41,584 nucleotides of DNA from contig JAAUUR010000001.1 in the NCBI GenBank assembly GCA_012031045.1, positions 1 to 41,584 on the forward strand. The letters run 5' to 3'. A model generated the notes under the pieces. It did not search any database, had not been told where the DNA came from, and saw nothing but the letters and a program-made list of their open reading frames with translations. The stretch is from Leptolyngbyaceae cyanobacterium SM2_5_2 (lineage in GTDB: Bacteria; Cyanobacteriota; Cyanobacteriia; Phormidesmidales; Phormidesmidaceae). Numbering within the stretch: the stretch's first letter is position 1; the number at the start of each line of letters is the position of its first letter. This document shows, piece after piece, positions 22,763 to 34,116 of this stretch. Position numbers and translations under genes: made by a program.

Positions 22763-23267
22763 CCTTCACTCCTTAAAACACCACACCACACCATGTGTCA
22801 GGCGTAATCATAGCAAGAATTGCTGAATTGGCCTAAGCCTGGGCTTACACTTACCTAAAAATGGCAATACCGCTATGAAAATATGCGCTCTGGTTGCTTC
22901 AGGCTTCATCAGACCTCTACATGGCTTAAAACTACAAAAACCCCGACATACCGTCTTTCTTAGCCATTAATGGCGGGTTTTTAGCCTAAGAGAGATCGGG
23001 TCAGGCTATAGAAATCCTCTATGGGCCTTAGATCTCGATAGCAGTAATACTTATCATCATCCCGAATACTGAATTTGCAGGATTGATTGTGCCAGGGGCT
23101 ACATCTGCACAGCCCTAAGCTAAATTATAGATCGATGCCGCGTGATGGCGCCCTATTCATTTAATCAGTTCAATGCATGATCCCTATAAAGTGGATCATG
23201 GTTTGCGATATTATGGTCTCGTCTAAGAATAGATACCTAGTCCGACTACAACAGAGGGTTAAACGCA

Positions 23268-24281
23268 GTGATTAGAGTAGCCATCAACGGATTCGGGCGC
23301 ATTGGCCGAAACTTTTTACGGTGCTGGTTAACACGGGATAATAGTCAGCTAGAAATTGTTGCTATCAACGATACTTCTGATCCCCAAACCAACTCCCATC
23401 TTCTTAAGTACGACTCTATGCTGGGTCGTTTAGACGCCGAGATTAGTGCCGATGACGAAACTCTGACCGTTAATGGCAAGACCATCAAGTGCTACTCTGA
23501 CCGCAACCCTAACAACCTGCCCTGGGCCGCCTGGGATGTTGACCTGGTGATTGAAGCGACTGGGGTATTCGTCAGCGAAGAGGGAGCTTCTCGCCACATT
23601 GAAGCCGGTGCCAAGAAAGTGCTGATCACAGCCCCTGGCAAAGGCGGCAACATCGGCACCTACGTAATTGGCGTTAACCACGAAGACTACAGCCACGATA
23701 AGCACAATGTGGTGAGCAACGCTAGCTGTACCACAAACTGCTTAGCGCCGGTCGTTAAGGTTCTGCATGATGGCTTTGGCATTATCAAAGGCACCATGAC
23801 CACCACCCACAGCTACACGGGTGACCAGCGCCTGCTCGATGCTAGCCACCGCGATCTGCGTCGGGCGAGAGCCGCTGCTCTAAACATCGTCCCCACCACC
23901 ACCGGTGCGGCCAAGGCTGTAGCCCTGGTGATTCCTGAAATGGCCGGTAAGCTGAACGGGATTGCCTTCCGTGTGCCCACTCCTAACGTGTCGGTAGTTG
24001 ACCTGGTGGTACAGGTAGAAAAGCCCGCCATTGCTGAGCAGGTCAACGAAGTCCTAAAAGCTGCTGCTGAAGGCCCCATGAAGGGTATTTTGGCCTACAG
24101 CGACCTGCCCCTGGTTTCCATTGACTACCGCAAGACCGATGAATCTTCCATCGTTGACTCTAGCCTTACCATGGTTATGGGTGGCGACATGGTGAAGGTC
24201 GTGGCCTGGTACGACAATGAGTGGGGCTACAGCCAGCGTGTGGTTGACCTGGCTGAACTGGTTGCCGCTAAGTGGCAGTAG
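23268..24281 (+). CDS. gap2: NAD(P)-dependent glyceraldehyde-3-phosphate dehydrogenase (Calvin cycle type)
   Basis: [48 protein letters not shown]. Confidence 0.95.
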   Translation: MIRVAINGFGRIGRNFLRCWLTRDNSQLEIVAINDTSDPQTNSHLLKYDSMLGRLDAEISADDETLTVNGKTIKCYSDRNPNNLPWAAWDVDLVIEATGVFVSEEGASRHIEAGAKKVLITAPGKGGNIGTYVIGVNHEDYSHDKHNVVSNASCTTNCLAPVVKVLHDGFGIIKGTMTTTHSYTGDQRLLDASHRDLRRARAAALNIVPTTTGAAKAVALVIPEMAGKLNGIAFRVPTPNVSVVDLVVQVEKPAIAEQVNEVLKAAAEGPMKGILAYSDLPLVSIDYRKTDESSIVDSSLTMVMGGDMVKVVAWYDNEWGYSQRVVDLAELVAAKWQ

Positions 24282-24305
24282 GCCATACCCTAAGTCTTTG
24301 AATAC

Positions 24306-24348
24306 TAACTAAAAGCGATGGAGAACCAAGATTCCCCATCGCTTTTAG

Positions 24349-24351
<3 letters not shown>
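24306..24351. terminator. Bidirectional terminator between gap2 and fabG
   Basis: TAACTAAAAGCGATGG...CCATCGCTTTTAGTTA. Confidence 0.85.
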
Positions 24352-25240
<889 letters not shown>

Positions 25241-25241
25241 C

Positions 25242-25551
25242 CTAAGAAGACGGATACCGCCGCACCTGGTATTCCCTGGCATCAATAATGCGGTAGCTAA
25301 AGTCCAGGGCGGCATCAAACTGTTGCTCAATACGGTCTAAGTCGGCCTGGGGAATAGCTTTCCACTGTTCGCGGGTTTGCCACCGAATCATGCAGACCAC
25401 CTGATCGGCCAGGTCAGGGGAAATCCAAACTTCCTTGGAAACAAACCCCGGATATTGCCTCAGGGTCGTTGTCCAAAATGTCGTCATCAACGCGAATAAA
25501 GGTTTCCCGATGCTCTGGAGGCACTGCAAAGGTCAGCCATTCTATCACCAT
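25242..25551 (-). CDS. TIGR03792-type cyanobacterial ABM-fold protein; frameshift near 25477
   Basis: MVIEWLTFAV...ETFIRVDDDI|WTTTLRQYPGFVSKEVW...IRWQTREQWKAIP. Confidence 0.75.
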
Positions 25552-25731
25552 AAAAGTACCGTGTTGATTAAGTTGATTAATCAGCCATCCTTTCCCTAGC
25601 CTAGCGTGCCAGGCGGGGAGAAAAAGAAAAATCTCTAGCGAAAGAGATTGTGACCCGGTGGGGCAACAGGCATGGGTTTTGTCAGTTAACCAGGCCGTTG
25701 GGAGATGGGGGAAAGATCATAGGAGTCTGGG

Positions 25732-27006
25732 TCAAAGCTCAAAAGACGCGACCCAAAAGCTGACTAAAAAGCCGGTAATGGTCGAAAACGTCACCGAACT
25801 GCCCCCCATTTCGTAGGCTTCGGGCATCATGGTGCTGGCTACCATCGCTAAAATAGCGCCGCCCGCCGTAGCCTTGGCCACACTCACCATCCAATCACCC
25901 GTGAAGGTCATCATCAGGCTGCTGACCATAGCAATCAGGCCGCTGAGCAGTACGGCGCCGCCCCAGAGAGCCAGGATGCGCCGAGATGAGTTACCCGCCT
26001 TCTTCATACCCATCGAGCTGGACATGGCTTCTGGGATGTTGGAAATAAACACGGCCAGCAAAAAGGAAGTACTGACGTGCCCCATGCCAGTGTTAAAGCC
26101 AATGACCAGCGCTTCGGGGATATTATCCATCATGGTGCCGACCAAAATGGCCAGGGGGGCAGAACTCTCGGCCAGTTCCTTAAACTGATGCTCTGAAATG
26201 GGAATATCTACCTCTACGCTGTCCAGAACTCGCTGTCGCCAGTGGTCATCCTCCACGGTCTTGGGTTTAGTAGTGGATTGGGTGGTTTCTCGCAACCGGC
26301 GGGCCAGGATGCGGCTTAACCCACTGGAGAGCTGGGGAGAATGGGTGAGCATGGCCTCAAAGTCAGCCCGGTCTAACTCGTAGAGTTCCATCGGGGTTTT
26401 GGCCCTTACCGTAGCCGAGCGGCTTTCGCCGGTAAGCAGCGCCATTTCACCAAACATCTCACCCGCGCCCAGTTGGGCTAAACGCTGGGAGCCCTTAAAA
26501 ATCTCCGCCTGCCCATCGACAATCAAAAACATGCAGTCGCCTGCGGCCCCTTCCTGACACAGCACCGTGCCGGGCTCCACCGAGAGCGGCTTCAGTAGGG
26601 GGATAATCGCCTGCATTTCTGAGGGGGAAAGGCTGTGCAGCATCTCGATGTGCTCGATTCGATCCAGCACCTCTGAGGCTTCTTCCTGGCGATGGTGATA
26701 CAAAAACCGCCGCGACGAGGAGGGGTGGCGAATAAACCCGCCCTGGCCATCAATGTAGTTGATGATTACGGTAAACAGAGTACCGCCCAGGGCAAACCCG
26801 ACGATCAGCGGCCAAAAACCGCTGGTTTGAAACACGGGTAGGGTAATATCAAAGGCGATCGCCGAAATCAGCGTGCCACTGCCGAAGGCCATGATGGCCG
26901 CCGTAAAAGCCCGCCCCGGCTGCCAGCCAATGCCGATAATGGCACCTACTAACAGACTGGACGCGGCGAGTAACCCTTGCACCAGGGCGTTAAGGGGGAC
27001 GCTCAT
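25732..27006 (-). CDS. ZIP-family metal transporter with inserted cyclic-nucleotide-binding domain
   Basis: AFGSGTLI, DNIPE, SNIPE, AGGAILAM and MMPEA ZIP motifs. Central EGAAGDCMFLIVDG...FGEMALLTGESRSATV. Confidence 0.88.
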   Translation of the reverse strand: MSVPLNALVQGLLAASSLLVGAIIGIGWQPGRAFTAAIMAFGSGTLISAIAFDITLPVFQTSGFWPLIVGFALGGTLFTVIINYIDGQGGFIRHPSSSRRFLYHHRQEEASEVLDRIEHIEMLHSLSPSEMQAIIPLLKPLSVEPGTVLCQEGAAGDCMFLIVDGQAEIFKGSQRLAQLGAGEMFGEMALLTGESRSATVRAKTPMELYELDRADFEAMLTHSPQLSSGLSRILARRLRETTQSTTKPKTVEDDHWRQRVLDSVEVDIPISEHQFKELAESSAPLAILVGTMMDNIPEALVIGFNTGMGHVSTSFLLAVFISNIPEAMSSSMGMKKAGNSSRRILALWGGAVLLSGLIAMVSSLMMTFTGDWMVSVAKATAGGAILAMVASTMMPEAYEMGGSSVTFSTITGFLVSFWVASFEL

Positions 27007-27103
27007 GGGTTCGATTTGCAGGACAATATGACAAGATTACTCCAGAACGCCACGCTTCCTGGCACACTAGAGCCTAGGATTTTATCGCGTTTCACCCACG
27101 GCT

Positions 27104-27655
27104 ATGCATAGTTCGCCCCGGCGGCGGCCCCCGGCGGCCCGGCCAGTCAAGCCATCCCTCAGGCGTCAGAGCCAGCAGTCTAACGCTGGTTTAATGCTGT
27201 TGTGTGGGCTGTGGTATGCGGTGGTGGGGTTTGTGGTAACTGTCTTACCCAGCGCCCCGTGGGTTTGGCCGCTGGTGTTGGTGGGAGCCTGGCTCCACGT
27301 TCTGGAGCTAGCCTTGATTGCGGCCCAACCCCAGAGCAGCCGGTTGGCCCAGCGTCTACTACAAGGGAGCCTGCGCCTGCTGGGGGCGGGGTCTGTCACC
27401 CTGGCCCTAGCCCTGGCCCTCAACCACCTCGGCTCCGACCAACTGGAGGACGTTACCCTGGCTAGCCTATTCTGGCAAGTGTTGGGATTGGGCCTTCTCG
27501 CCGTACTGCTGACTCTGCTGTGCCGCCTGCTAACCCGCTGCCTGGCAGAACGGCTCCAGCCCCGGCTCCAGCCCCGGCAGGTATTCCTCACCCTGGCGGC
27601 CACGCTTTTAATTGGGCTTAGCCTTGGCGGCACCCTGGGCAGCTTTACCCTTTAA
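27104..27655 (+). CDS. Hypothetical multi-pass membrane protein
   Basis: Several Leu-rich hydrophobic segments; fills the intergenic space. Confidence 0.6.
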   Translation: MHSSPRRRPPAARPVKPSLRRQSQQSNAGLMLLCGLWYAVVGFVVTVLPSAPWVWPLVLVGAWLHVLELALIAAQPQSSRLAQRLLQGSLRLLGAGSVTLALALALNHLGSDQLEDVTLASLFWQVLGLGLLAVLLTLLCRLLTRCLAERLQPRLQPRQVFLTLAATLLIGLSLGGTLGSFTL

Positions 27656-27680
27656 CCCTCCGCCCTCCGCTCTTTCTACA

Positions 27681-28346
27681 CTAGGCAGACGGCATTAACT
27701 CCTCTTGCTGAATAGCCCGGAGGGTAATGGTCGGGTCATTCTCGATGATCAGACGCAAGCCTTGTTGTACCAAGCTTTGCAGGAGGAGCCCGCGGACGGC
27801 GGATTCTGGAACGGTCGCCAGGTAGCCGACTGGCTCAGTGAGCGCTTGGGTCATCCGGTTCACCGCCAACGGGGTTGGGAGATTCTCAAACAGATGGACG
27901 TCTCCCTTAAGTACCTCGTTCCGAACATCAACACGCTGCCACTGAAGAGGAACAGCGGGTGTGGAAAAAAAAATCTGCACGCTCAACTGGAAACCATCAA
28001 AATCGCCCATCCCGACGCCGACGTTCAAGTGTGGGCCCTGGACGAACATCGCTTGGGACGCCATCCCATCCCGCGCCGGGTGTGGGGCGATAACTGGTTT
28101 GGATCACTGAGTACTCCTGTTCACTGCCGCTATGACTGGTTTTGGCTCTATGGCTTTGTCCACCCTCGCAGCGGACACACCTATTGGTGGCTTCTACCTC
28201 GGGTCAATATCGACCTGTTTAATCGCGCCTTGGCGGATTTTGCCCAACATTTTGGCCTTGGCCCTTAGCGACAGGTCGTGTTGGTGATGGATCAAGCCGG
28301 GTGGCATACCTCAGAACAGGTGGTTGTACCGGACGGTCTCCATCTT
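27681..28346 (+). mobile_element. IS630 family transposase remnant
   Basis: GFWNGRQVADW...HRQRGWE HTH, A9 slippage run at 27965-27973, WALDEHRLG, LVMDQAGWH. Internal stop at 28266; truncated at both ends. Confidence 0.85.
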
Positions 28347-28651
28347 GACATAGCACCTCCGCCAATCGGCCCATCTGGCCACCAAAACATGACTAAGACA
28401 ATCTGGATACTTAGGGTTTTCCTCCAAACCACTAGAGTTTGGGTCTTTTATTCCTTAGATTAACCGCTATGCCTTGGAGTGTGACAGACAATCCACAGGC
28501 ACAAGGTGTCCGCCCAGGGGGTCTATCCCCAGGCACAATACGGTCAGCCTTCACACAGGCATTATCCCGGAGCCACTACCGCCTACTTAGCGAGTCTGTA
28601 ATCGTCCAGCTTGAATTGCTATCGCTTAGTTACTGGCGTAACTCGGAAGTT

Positions 28652-29305
28652 ATGAGTCAACTTATGTTTTCTACTTGGTCTGTTTCCATCAGAGTTCCCA
28701 AGCCGTCGGTCAACCCATCACAGTTGACCAACTCAGAACTGGTGGCCCTATGCCAGCAGCGTATTCGCCCTGATAAGGTGCTGTTTGCCGAGCTACTGCG
28801 GCGCTACCAAAGCCATGTGGATAAATTGCTCTACCATCTGGCTCCTGATTGGCCAGATCGGGCTGACCTGGCTCAAGAAGTGTGGATTCGCGTTTATCGC
28901 AACCTGCGTAGGCTCAATGAGCCAGCTAAATTTAAGGGCTGGTTAGGTCGGATCACGACTAACTTGTTTTACGACGAACTGCGTCGCCGTAAGCGCAGTC
29001 GGGCTACCCTTTCCTTAGATGCACCCCTGGCGCTGGAAGATGGCACCATTGACTGGGATGTCCCGGCTACTGGCCCTGGCCCGGTAGATGCGCTGATGAC
29101 CCAGGAGTTTTATACCCATCTGCATCAAGCCATTGCTGACCTGCCCGATGTCTTTCGCACAGCTATAATTTTGCGGGAAATTCAAGGCCTGTCCTACGAA
29201 GAAATTGCCGACATAACGGAAGTTTCGCTAGGTACTGTAAAGTCCCGCATTGCCCGAGCCCGGCAGCGTTTGCAGAGTGATCTGCAACCCTACTTGGGCG
29301 CTTGA
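28652..29305 (+). CDS. sigG: ECF (group 4) RNA polymerase sigma factor
   Basis: DLAQEVWIRVY, FKGWLGRITTNLFYDELR, GLSYEEIA...LGTVKSRIARAR. Confidence 0.9.
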   Translation: MSQLMFSTWSVSIRVPKPSVNPSQLTNSELVALCQQRIRPDKVLFAELLRRYQSHVDKLLYHLAPDWPDRADLAQEVWIRVYRNLRRLNEPAKFKGWLGRITTNLFYDELRRRKRSRATLSLDAPLALEDGTIDWDVPATGPGPVDALMTQEFYTHLHQAIADLPDVFRTAIILREIQGLSYEEIADITEVSLGTVKSRIARARQRLQSDLQPYLGA

Positions 29306-29589
29306 GAAACGCCTAGAGTTGGCTTAACGGTTTCATAGGTTTGACCTGTAGCCTGGCCCAGCCAACATCAAGGTTCGATTAAGTTTAGTTCAGTGACAGT
29401 ACGACCATCAGGGTGCAGCGACCTTTTTCGATAAATGAGTCTAGGGGAGTATTACCGATTTTTGAGTGTTGCCATTATGATCGGTAACGGCGGTCGAAAC
29501 TAAGGGCTAGTTCTGCTCTGGTTTTGGGAGCGGAAACCAAACGCTCGGCCTGCCAGTCTGGTGTAACGACTTTAGGTGCTGCTTACGGT

Positions 29590-30162
29590 ATGTCCACCTC
29601 CCCCTACCCGACCGGTGCGGTTCGTAATCCTGTTGATGATTGTGTATGGTCTGGCCCGTTGGTAAATCGGCCACCCTTACCTTGCGCAGAACTAGACGTC
29701 ATGAAACGCGATCGCTTTGAGTTATTGAGCGCTTACCTGGATGGGGAAGTTACCCCTGAAGAACGCAGCTTAGTGCAAACCTGGTTGAATAGCGACCCCA
29801 CCGCTAAGTGCCTATACAACCGTTTATTGGCGCTCCGGCAGGGGCTTCGAGAAGAGAGTTGTGTTACCTCTGGCGATACCGAGGTGACCTTGGCCCGAGT
29901 ATTTCAGTGTCTTAACCATCGCTTTCGCATGGTGACCATGGCTAGCGCTGGGGTAGTGGTGGTGGGTGTGCTTAACCTGCTATCCAGCGGCATAGGCACG
30001 GGTGATGGGGCGTGGCAGATGTCCCAAACCTCTGGTGTCCCAGCTTTGCAGATTGCCCTGGATCAACCCGTCTTTCCGATTCCTGATCTGCCTGTGGCTG
30101 TGCCTGTGGAGGGCACTACCCCTTCAGAACGGGATGGTTTGTGGATTGATTCTGAGCTATAG
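29590..30162 (+). CDS. Anti-sigma factor (SigG partner)
   Basis: RDRFELLSAYLDGEVT, one TM segment, directly after sigG. Start is uncertain. Confidence 0.8.
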   Translation: MSTSPYPTGAVRNPVDDCVWSGPLVNRPPLPCAELDVMKRDRFELLSAYLDGEVTPEERSLVQTWLNSDPTAKCLYNRLLALRQGLREESCVTSGDTEVTLARVFQCLNHRFRMVTMASAGVVVVGVLNLLSSGIGTGDGAWQMSQTSGVPALQIALDQPVFPIPDLPVAVPVEGTTPSERDGLWIDSEL

Positions 30163-30325
30163 AAGCAGGCTGGTTGGGGATTATTGATTGGCGGAAGGGA
30201 ATTAGCCTAGTCATAGGGCGTCAATTGTAATAAGCCTCTAAAGTTTGGCCGCTGGCTTAGGCTCCCCTGCTATGATTTCAGGGAAGTTAGTTGTTCTTAA
30301 TTTCCCTGTCTCTAGAGCAAACGCC

Positions 30326-31006
30326 ATGTTCTTCGACCCCATGTATTTTGTGCTCATGATTCCCGGCATGCTGCTGATGTTCTGGGCACAGTCTAGAGTA
30401 AAAGGCACTTACCGTCGCTATTCTCAAATTCCTTCCACAATGGGCATGACCGGAGCCCAGGTAGCCCAAACGATTCTAGCTAAGAAGGGCATCCGGGAAG
30501 TGAGAGTTGAACCCGTGGCGGGTGAGCTTACGGATCACTACGACCCTGGTGCTAAGGCGGTTCGTCTATCCCAGGGCATCTACAACTCCAATTCTCTGGC
30601 GGCGGCGGCTGTAGCGGCCCACGAGTGTGGCCACGTCCTGCAAGATTTCCAGGGCTATAGGTTCATGAACCTACGGGCGGCCCTGGTGCCCGCGGTCAAC
30701 CTGGGTTCTCGCCTGGGGCCAATGCTGATTATGGCTGGGCTAATTTTTCAAGTGCTAAATTTGGCCTGGTTGGGGGTGATCTTCTTTGCCTCTGTTTTAG
30801 TCTTCCACATCGTAACGCTGCCGGTAGAGTTTGATGCCTCCAGGCGAGCGTTGCAATTAGTGGATGAGCTTGGCATCCTCCAGGGTGATGAACGCAAGGG
30901 AGCGCGGGCCGTTTTAACCGCTGCCGCTTGGACCTATGTTGCTACGGCCTTCTATGCGTTCTTGAATCTGCTTTACTACATCACTTTAATCAATCGTCAG
31001 CGGTAG
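30326..31006 (+). CDS. Membrane zinc metallopeptidase (YugP-like)
   Basis: LTDHYDP, AAHECGH, TLPVEFDAS, AAAWTYV. Confidence 0.9.
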   Translation: MFFDPMYFVLMIPGMLLMFWAQSRVKGTYRRYSQIPSTMGMTGAQVAQTILAKKGIREVRVEPVAGELTDHYDPGAKAVRLSQGIYNSNSLAAAAVAAHECGHVLQDFQGYRFMNLRAALVPAVNLGSRLGPMLIMAGLIFQVLNLAWLGVIFFASVLVFHIVTLPVEFDASRRALQLVDELGILQGDERKGARAVLTAAAWTYVATAFYAFLNLLYYITLINRQR

Positions 31007-31064
31007 TTGATCGCCGCCGCACCGGCGAATGGATTTGGCGATAGCCCCCGATTTTAACTCTAGT

Positions 31065-31093
31065 TAGTCCTCAACCATAGCGGTTGAGGACTA
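31065..31093. terminator. Perfect 12-bp stem hairpin
   Basis: TAGTCCTCAACC-ATAGC-GGTTGAGGACTA. Confidence 0.55.
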
Positions 31094-31099
31094 TACATC

Positions 31100-31139
31100 T
31101 TAAAAGGCAGAGCACCCTTGTAAATGCTCTGCCTTTTAA
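31100..31139. terminator. Bidirectional terminator downstream of tRNA-Arg
   Basis: TTAAAAGGCAGAGCA...TGCTCTGCCTTTTAA. Confidence 0.8.
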
Positions 31140-31149
31140 CGTAATCTAA

Positions 31150-31223
31150 CGGGCGAGGAGGGATTCGAACCCCCGACACCGTGGTCCGTAGCCACGTGCT
31201 CTAGTCCACTGAGCTACACGCCC
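31150..31223 (-). tRNA. tRNA-Arg(ACG)
   Basis: GGGCGTGTAGCTCAGTGG..., CGTGG-CTACGGA-CCACG anticodon arm, GGTTCGAATCC. Confidence 0.96.
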
Positions 31224-31270
31224 TCGTCGGCATCTCATAATAACACAATATTTAGCCCGGTGTAGGCCCG

Positions 31271-31768
31271 ATGACGGACAATTCCCCAAAGCGCTCTGAC
31301 CTCAGCCACCTGGATACCCAAGGCCAGGCTCAGATGGTAGACATCACCGCTAAATCTCAAACCGTGCGTCAAGCTGTGGCCGTAGCTGCCGTGAAGATGC
31401 AACCAGAAACCCTGACCACCATTGAAGCGGGCAATGCCCCTAAGGGAGATGTCTTAGGTACCGCTCGCCTGGCGGGGATTATGGCGGCTAAGCAAACGGC
31501 CAACCTGATTCCCCTTTGCCATCCCTTACCCATTCACAAGGTGGAGGTGCAGATTAGCCCAGACCCAGCCTTGCCGGGCTATCGAATCCAAGCCACGGTT
31601 AAAGTCAAGGCTGAGACGGGCGTTGAGATGGAAGCCCTGACCGCCGCTACGGTTGCAGCCCTCACGTTATACGACATGGCCAAGGCCCTTGAAAAGTCTA
31701 TGGAGATCCAGTCGGTGCGCTTGCTGAGCAAAACCGGCGGTAAATCAGGGGATTATCGAGCTGAATGA
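31271..31768 (+). CDS. moaC: Cyclic pyranopterin monophosphate synthase
   Basis: [41 protein letters not shown]. Confidence 0.96.
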   Translation: MTDNSPKRSDLSHLDTQGQAQMVDITAKSQTVRQAVAVAAVKMQPETLTTIEAGNAPKGDVLGTARLAGIMAAKQTANLIPLCHPLPIHKVEVQISPDPALPGYRIQATVKVKAETGVEMEALTAATVAALTLYDMAKALEKSMEIQSVRLLSKTGGKSGDYRAE

Positions 31769-32203
31769 GCAGGCGCTGGAATAGGGCGGCAGAAGGTAGA
31801 AAAGCAATCCTAGACCTTACCCAAAGGGGGCTATTTCTGTCGTCAACTCCTAGAGGCCTAAAATTTTGGCCAGGGCCATGCAACTGTTTATTTTCTTAAC
31901 GCACAGGTTTTATCCCACAGAGGGGACGGATAAGCTAAGAGATGCTGACCTTTAATCAGCCAATTTAGCCTGTAGATTTGATACTTTTTAATAGGTGGTT
32001 AGCGATTGATGGCTGGCTTAGATAGGTATAAAAGCTCTGCTTACAGCGTTTCCGGTTCGGGTATTTCCTTATTACCCTTAGGGGTACTGTAAGACTACGT
32101 AGGTTCTATATAAAGTAGATTCAGTTGCGGATTGGCTTGAGGAGTTTGCTTTTCACAGGCAGATTATTGTCATGGTTTTAGACATTAAGGAAGCTATACA
32201 ATC

Positions 32204-32998
32204 ATGAATCTCAAAAAAGGGGCCAAGGGTGATCGCGTCATTGCCTTACAAGAGCTGCTAAGAAAGCAGGGATTTGATCCAGGTGCTGTGGATGGTGATT
32301 TTGGCAATGGCACTGAAGCCGCCGTCATGGCTTTCCAAAAAAGTGAAGGACTGTTGGCCGATGGCATTGTCGGGGCAAAAACTCTGAGTGCCCTGGGCAT
32401 GAGTGTTACGGAGCAGGATCAACGCCCGGATGGAGCCGCTAAATTTACGGTGGCTGTAGTTTCAGAGATGTTTCCATCCACTCCAATTGGCAATATCAAA
32501 AAGAATTTGCCGTTTATTTTGGCAGGCTTGAAGAAATTTGGCCTGGGCGATCGCGACATGATTCTTATGGCTCTGGCTACGATTCGAGCGGAAACCGAGG
32601 GGTTTGTTCCTATCGATGAATTTAAATCTCGCTACAATACCCCCCCTAGCGGAGCGCCCTTCTCGCTGTACGACAACCGAAAAGATTTAGGCAATAAAGG
32701 CCCAACCGATGGAGCCGACTTTAAAGGTCGGGGCTTTATTCAATTAACTGGACGGGCTAACTACACAAACATCGGGGCTCAAATTGGCAGAAATCTGGTG
32801 GAGAACCCTGATCTGGCCAATGAGCCGGAGGTGGCCGCCGAGATTCTGGCTATGTTTCTGAAAAATGTAGAGCGCCGAGTTCGTGAGGCGTTATTAACTA
32901 ACGATTTAAAATCTGCTCGACGAGCGGTAAATGGGGGCACCCACGGCCTCGATCGCTTTGAATCGGCCTTCAAAACGGGTCGAAAACTGACGGCCTAG
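32204..32998 (+). CDS. Peptidoglycan-binding domain plus GH19 (lysozyme/chitinase-like) hydrolase
   Basis: VDGDFG..TEAAVMAFQ...ADGIVGAKT PGBD, then IRAET, FKGRGFIQLTGRANY, VNGGTHG. AAGGA RBS. Confidence 0.88.
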   Translation: MNLKKGAKGDRVIALQELLRKQGFDPGAVDGDFGNGTEAAVMAFQKSEGLLADGIVGAKTLSALGMSVTEQDQRPDGAAKFTVAVVSEMFPSTPIGNIKKNLPFILAGLKKFGLGDRDMILMALATIRAETEGFVPIDEFKSRYNTPPSGAPFSLYDNRKDLGNKGPTDGADFKGRGFIQLTGRANYTNIGAQIGRNLVENPDLANEPEVAAEILAMFLKNVERRVREALLTNDLKSARRAVNGGTHGLDRFESAFKTGRKLTA

Positions 32999-33105
32999 TA
33001 CTGAAAGGCAGGGGTAAGAAGGCAGAAGGCAGAACGGAAATCCTAGGTTCCGCAAGGATTGCCAAGTTAATGAATAGGTGGTTTATTTCCGCCTCAGAGT
33101 ACTAG
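32995..33105. mobile_element. 111-bp MITE, copy 1
   Basis: CTAGTAC...GTACTAG termini, internal AAGGCAG repeats and TAGGTGG(T/G)TTATT. Confidence 0.8.
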
Positions 33106-33161
33106 CTATCAAGAAAGACCTCAAAAACATCAGTCCACAAGTTCTTATTCAGGGAAAAACA

Positions 33162-33995
33162 ATGGTACAACTCTCTGCGCTAGTGGCCGGTTGCGATACC
33201 GGCCAAATTCAGGGTCTCTCCCTCCAGGTGTTGGAGAAAATTATGGCTGAACTACCTGGTAAATTATCCCGTATTGATCATGAATTAATTGTTTGCGAGG
33301 GTAGCCAAAACAACCCCTACCTGCAAACGGCCGCCTACAATACCCTGGTGCGAGCGGTTGAAGACCGTGGGGTTAAGCTGCACATCAACAGTTGTCTACG
33401 CACCCCCATGCAGCAATATATGTTGAGACTTCAATTTGAGCGCAGTCTTTGTGGCATTCGAGCGGCGGCTCCACCGCCTAACAGTAACCACAATAGTGGG
33501 CTGGCTATCGATATTCAAGAAGCACCTAGCTGGCGTCCTTTTTTAGAAAAGCAAAACTGGATGTGGATTGGCAGCTTTGACCCCATGCATTTTGACTATA
33601 AGAGCGGCGGCGAAGATTTGGGGCCGCTGCAAGTGCGTATGTTTCAGGAATTATGGAATGAATATAACCCCAATGACCCCATTAAAGTGGATAGCCAGTG
33701 GGGGCCAACTACCGCTTCTAAGGTGAGCAAATCTCCGGCTCAGGGGTTTGGCAAAACACCGATTTTGACCAAAGGATTATTTGCTGAAGAAGTGGGTCAA
33801 CTCCAGCTTATGCTGCGTAAAGCTCTCAATCTCAAGCCCGAACAGCTAGCTGCAGACAAACACTTTGGCGCGGGTACCTTTAAAGCCGTGGTTCAGTTTC
33901 AGGAAGCCAACGGGCTCAAGGCCGATGGCGTAGTCGGCGCGGCTACCATTGCCAAACTTGAGGAAAAAACCGGTGAGAAACTGGCGGTGATTTAG
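33162..33995 (+). CDS. M15 family Zn peptidase plus peptidoglycan-binding domains
   Basis: SNHNSGLAIDI and DPMHFDY motifs. C-terminal VDSQWGPTT and ADKHFG...FQ...ADGVVGAAT. Confidence 0.82.
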   Translation: MVQLSALVAGCDTGQIQGLSLQVLEKIMAELPGKLSRIDHELIVCEGSQNNPYLQTAAYNTLVRAVEDRGVKLHINSCLRTPMQQYMLRLQFERSLCGIRAAAPPPNSNHNSGLAIDIQEAPSWRPFLEKQNWMWIGSFDPMHFDYKSGGEDLGPLQVRMFQELWNEYNPNDPIKVDSQWGPTTASKVSKSPAQGFGKTPILTKGLFAEEVGQLQLMLRKALNLKPEQLAADKHFGAGTFKAVVQFQEANGLKADGVVGAATIAKLEEKTGEKLAVI

Positions 33996-34005
33996 CGAGT
34001 TGGAT

Positions 34006-34116
34006 CTAGTACCGCAAGGCGGAAGACAAAAGGCAGAAGACAGAAAGGGAATTCCATGTCAGACAAGGGGTTCTGCTTTGGCAAATAGGTGGGTTATTTT
34101 AGCCGCCGAGTACTAG
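34006..34116. mobile_element. 111-bp MITE, copy 2
   Basis: Same termini, length and internal motifs as 32995-33105. Confidence 0.8.

Noticed and set aside
28439-28651. N-terminal extension of sigG in the ORF track
   Set aside because: Sigma-like sequence begins after the ATG at 28652; the extension is probably 5' UTR.
33078-33161. Upstream GTG start of the M15 peptidase
   Set aside because: It lies inside the MITE; the ATG at 33162 has a purine-rich RBS.
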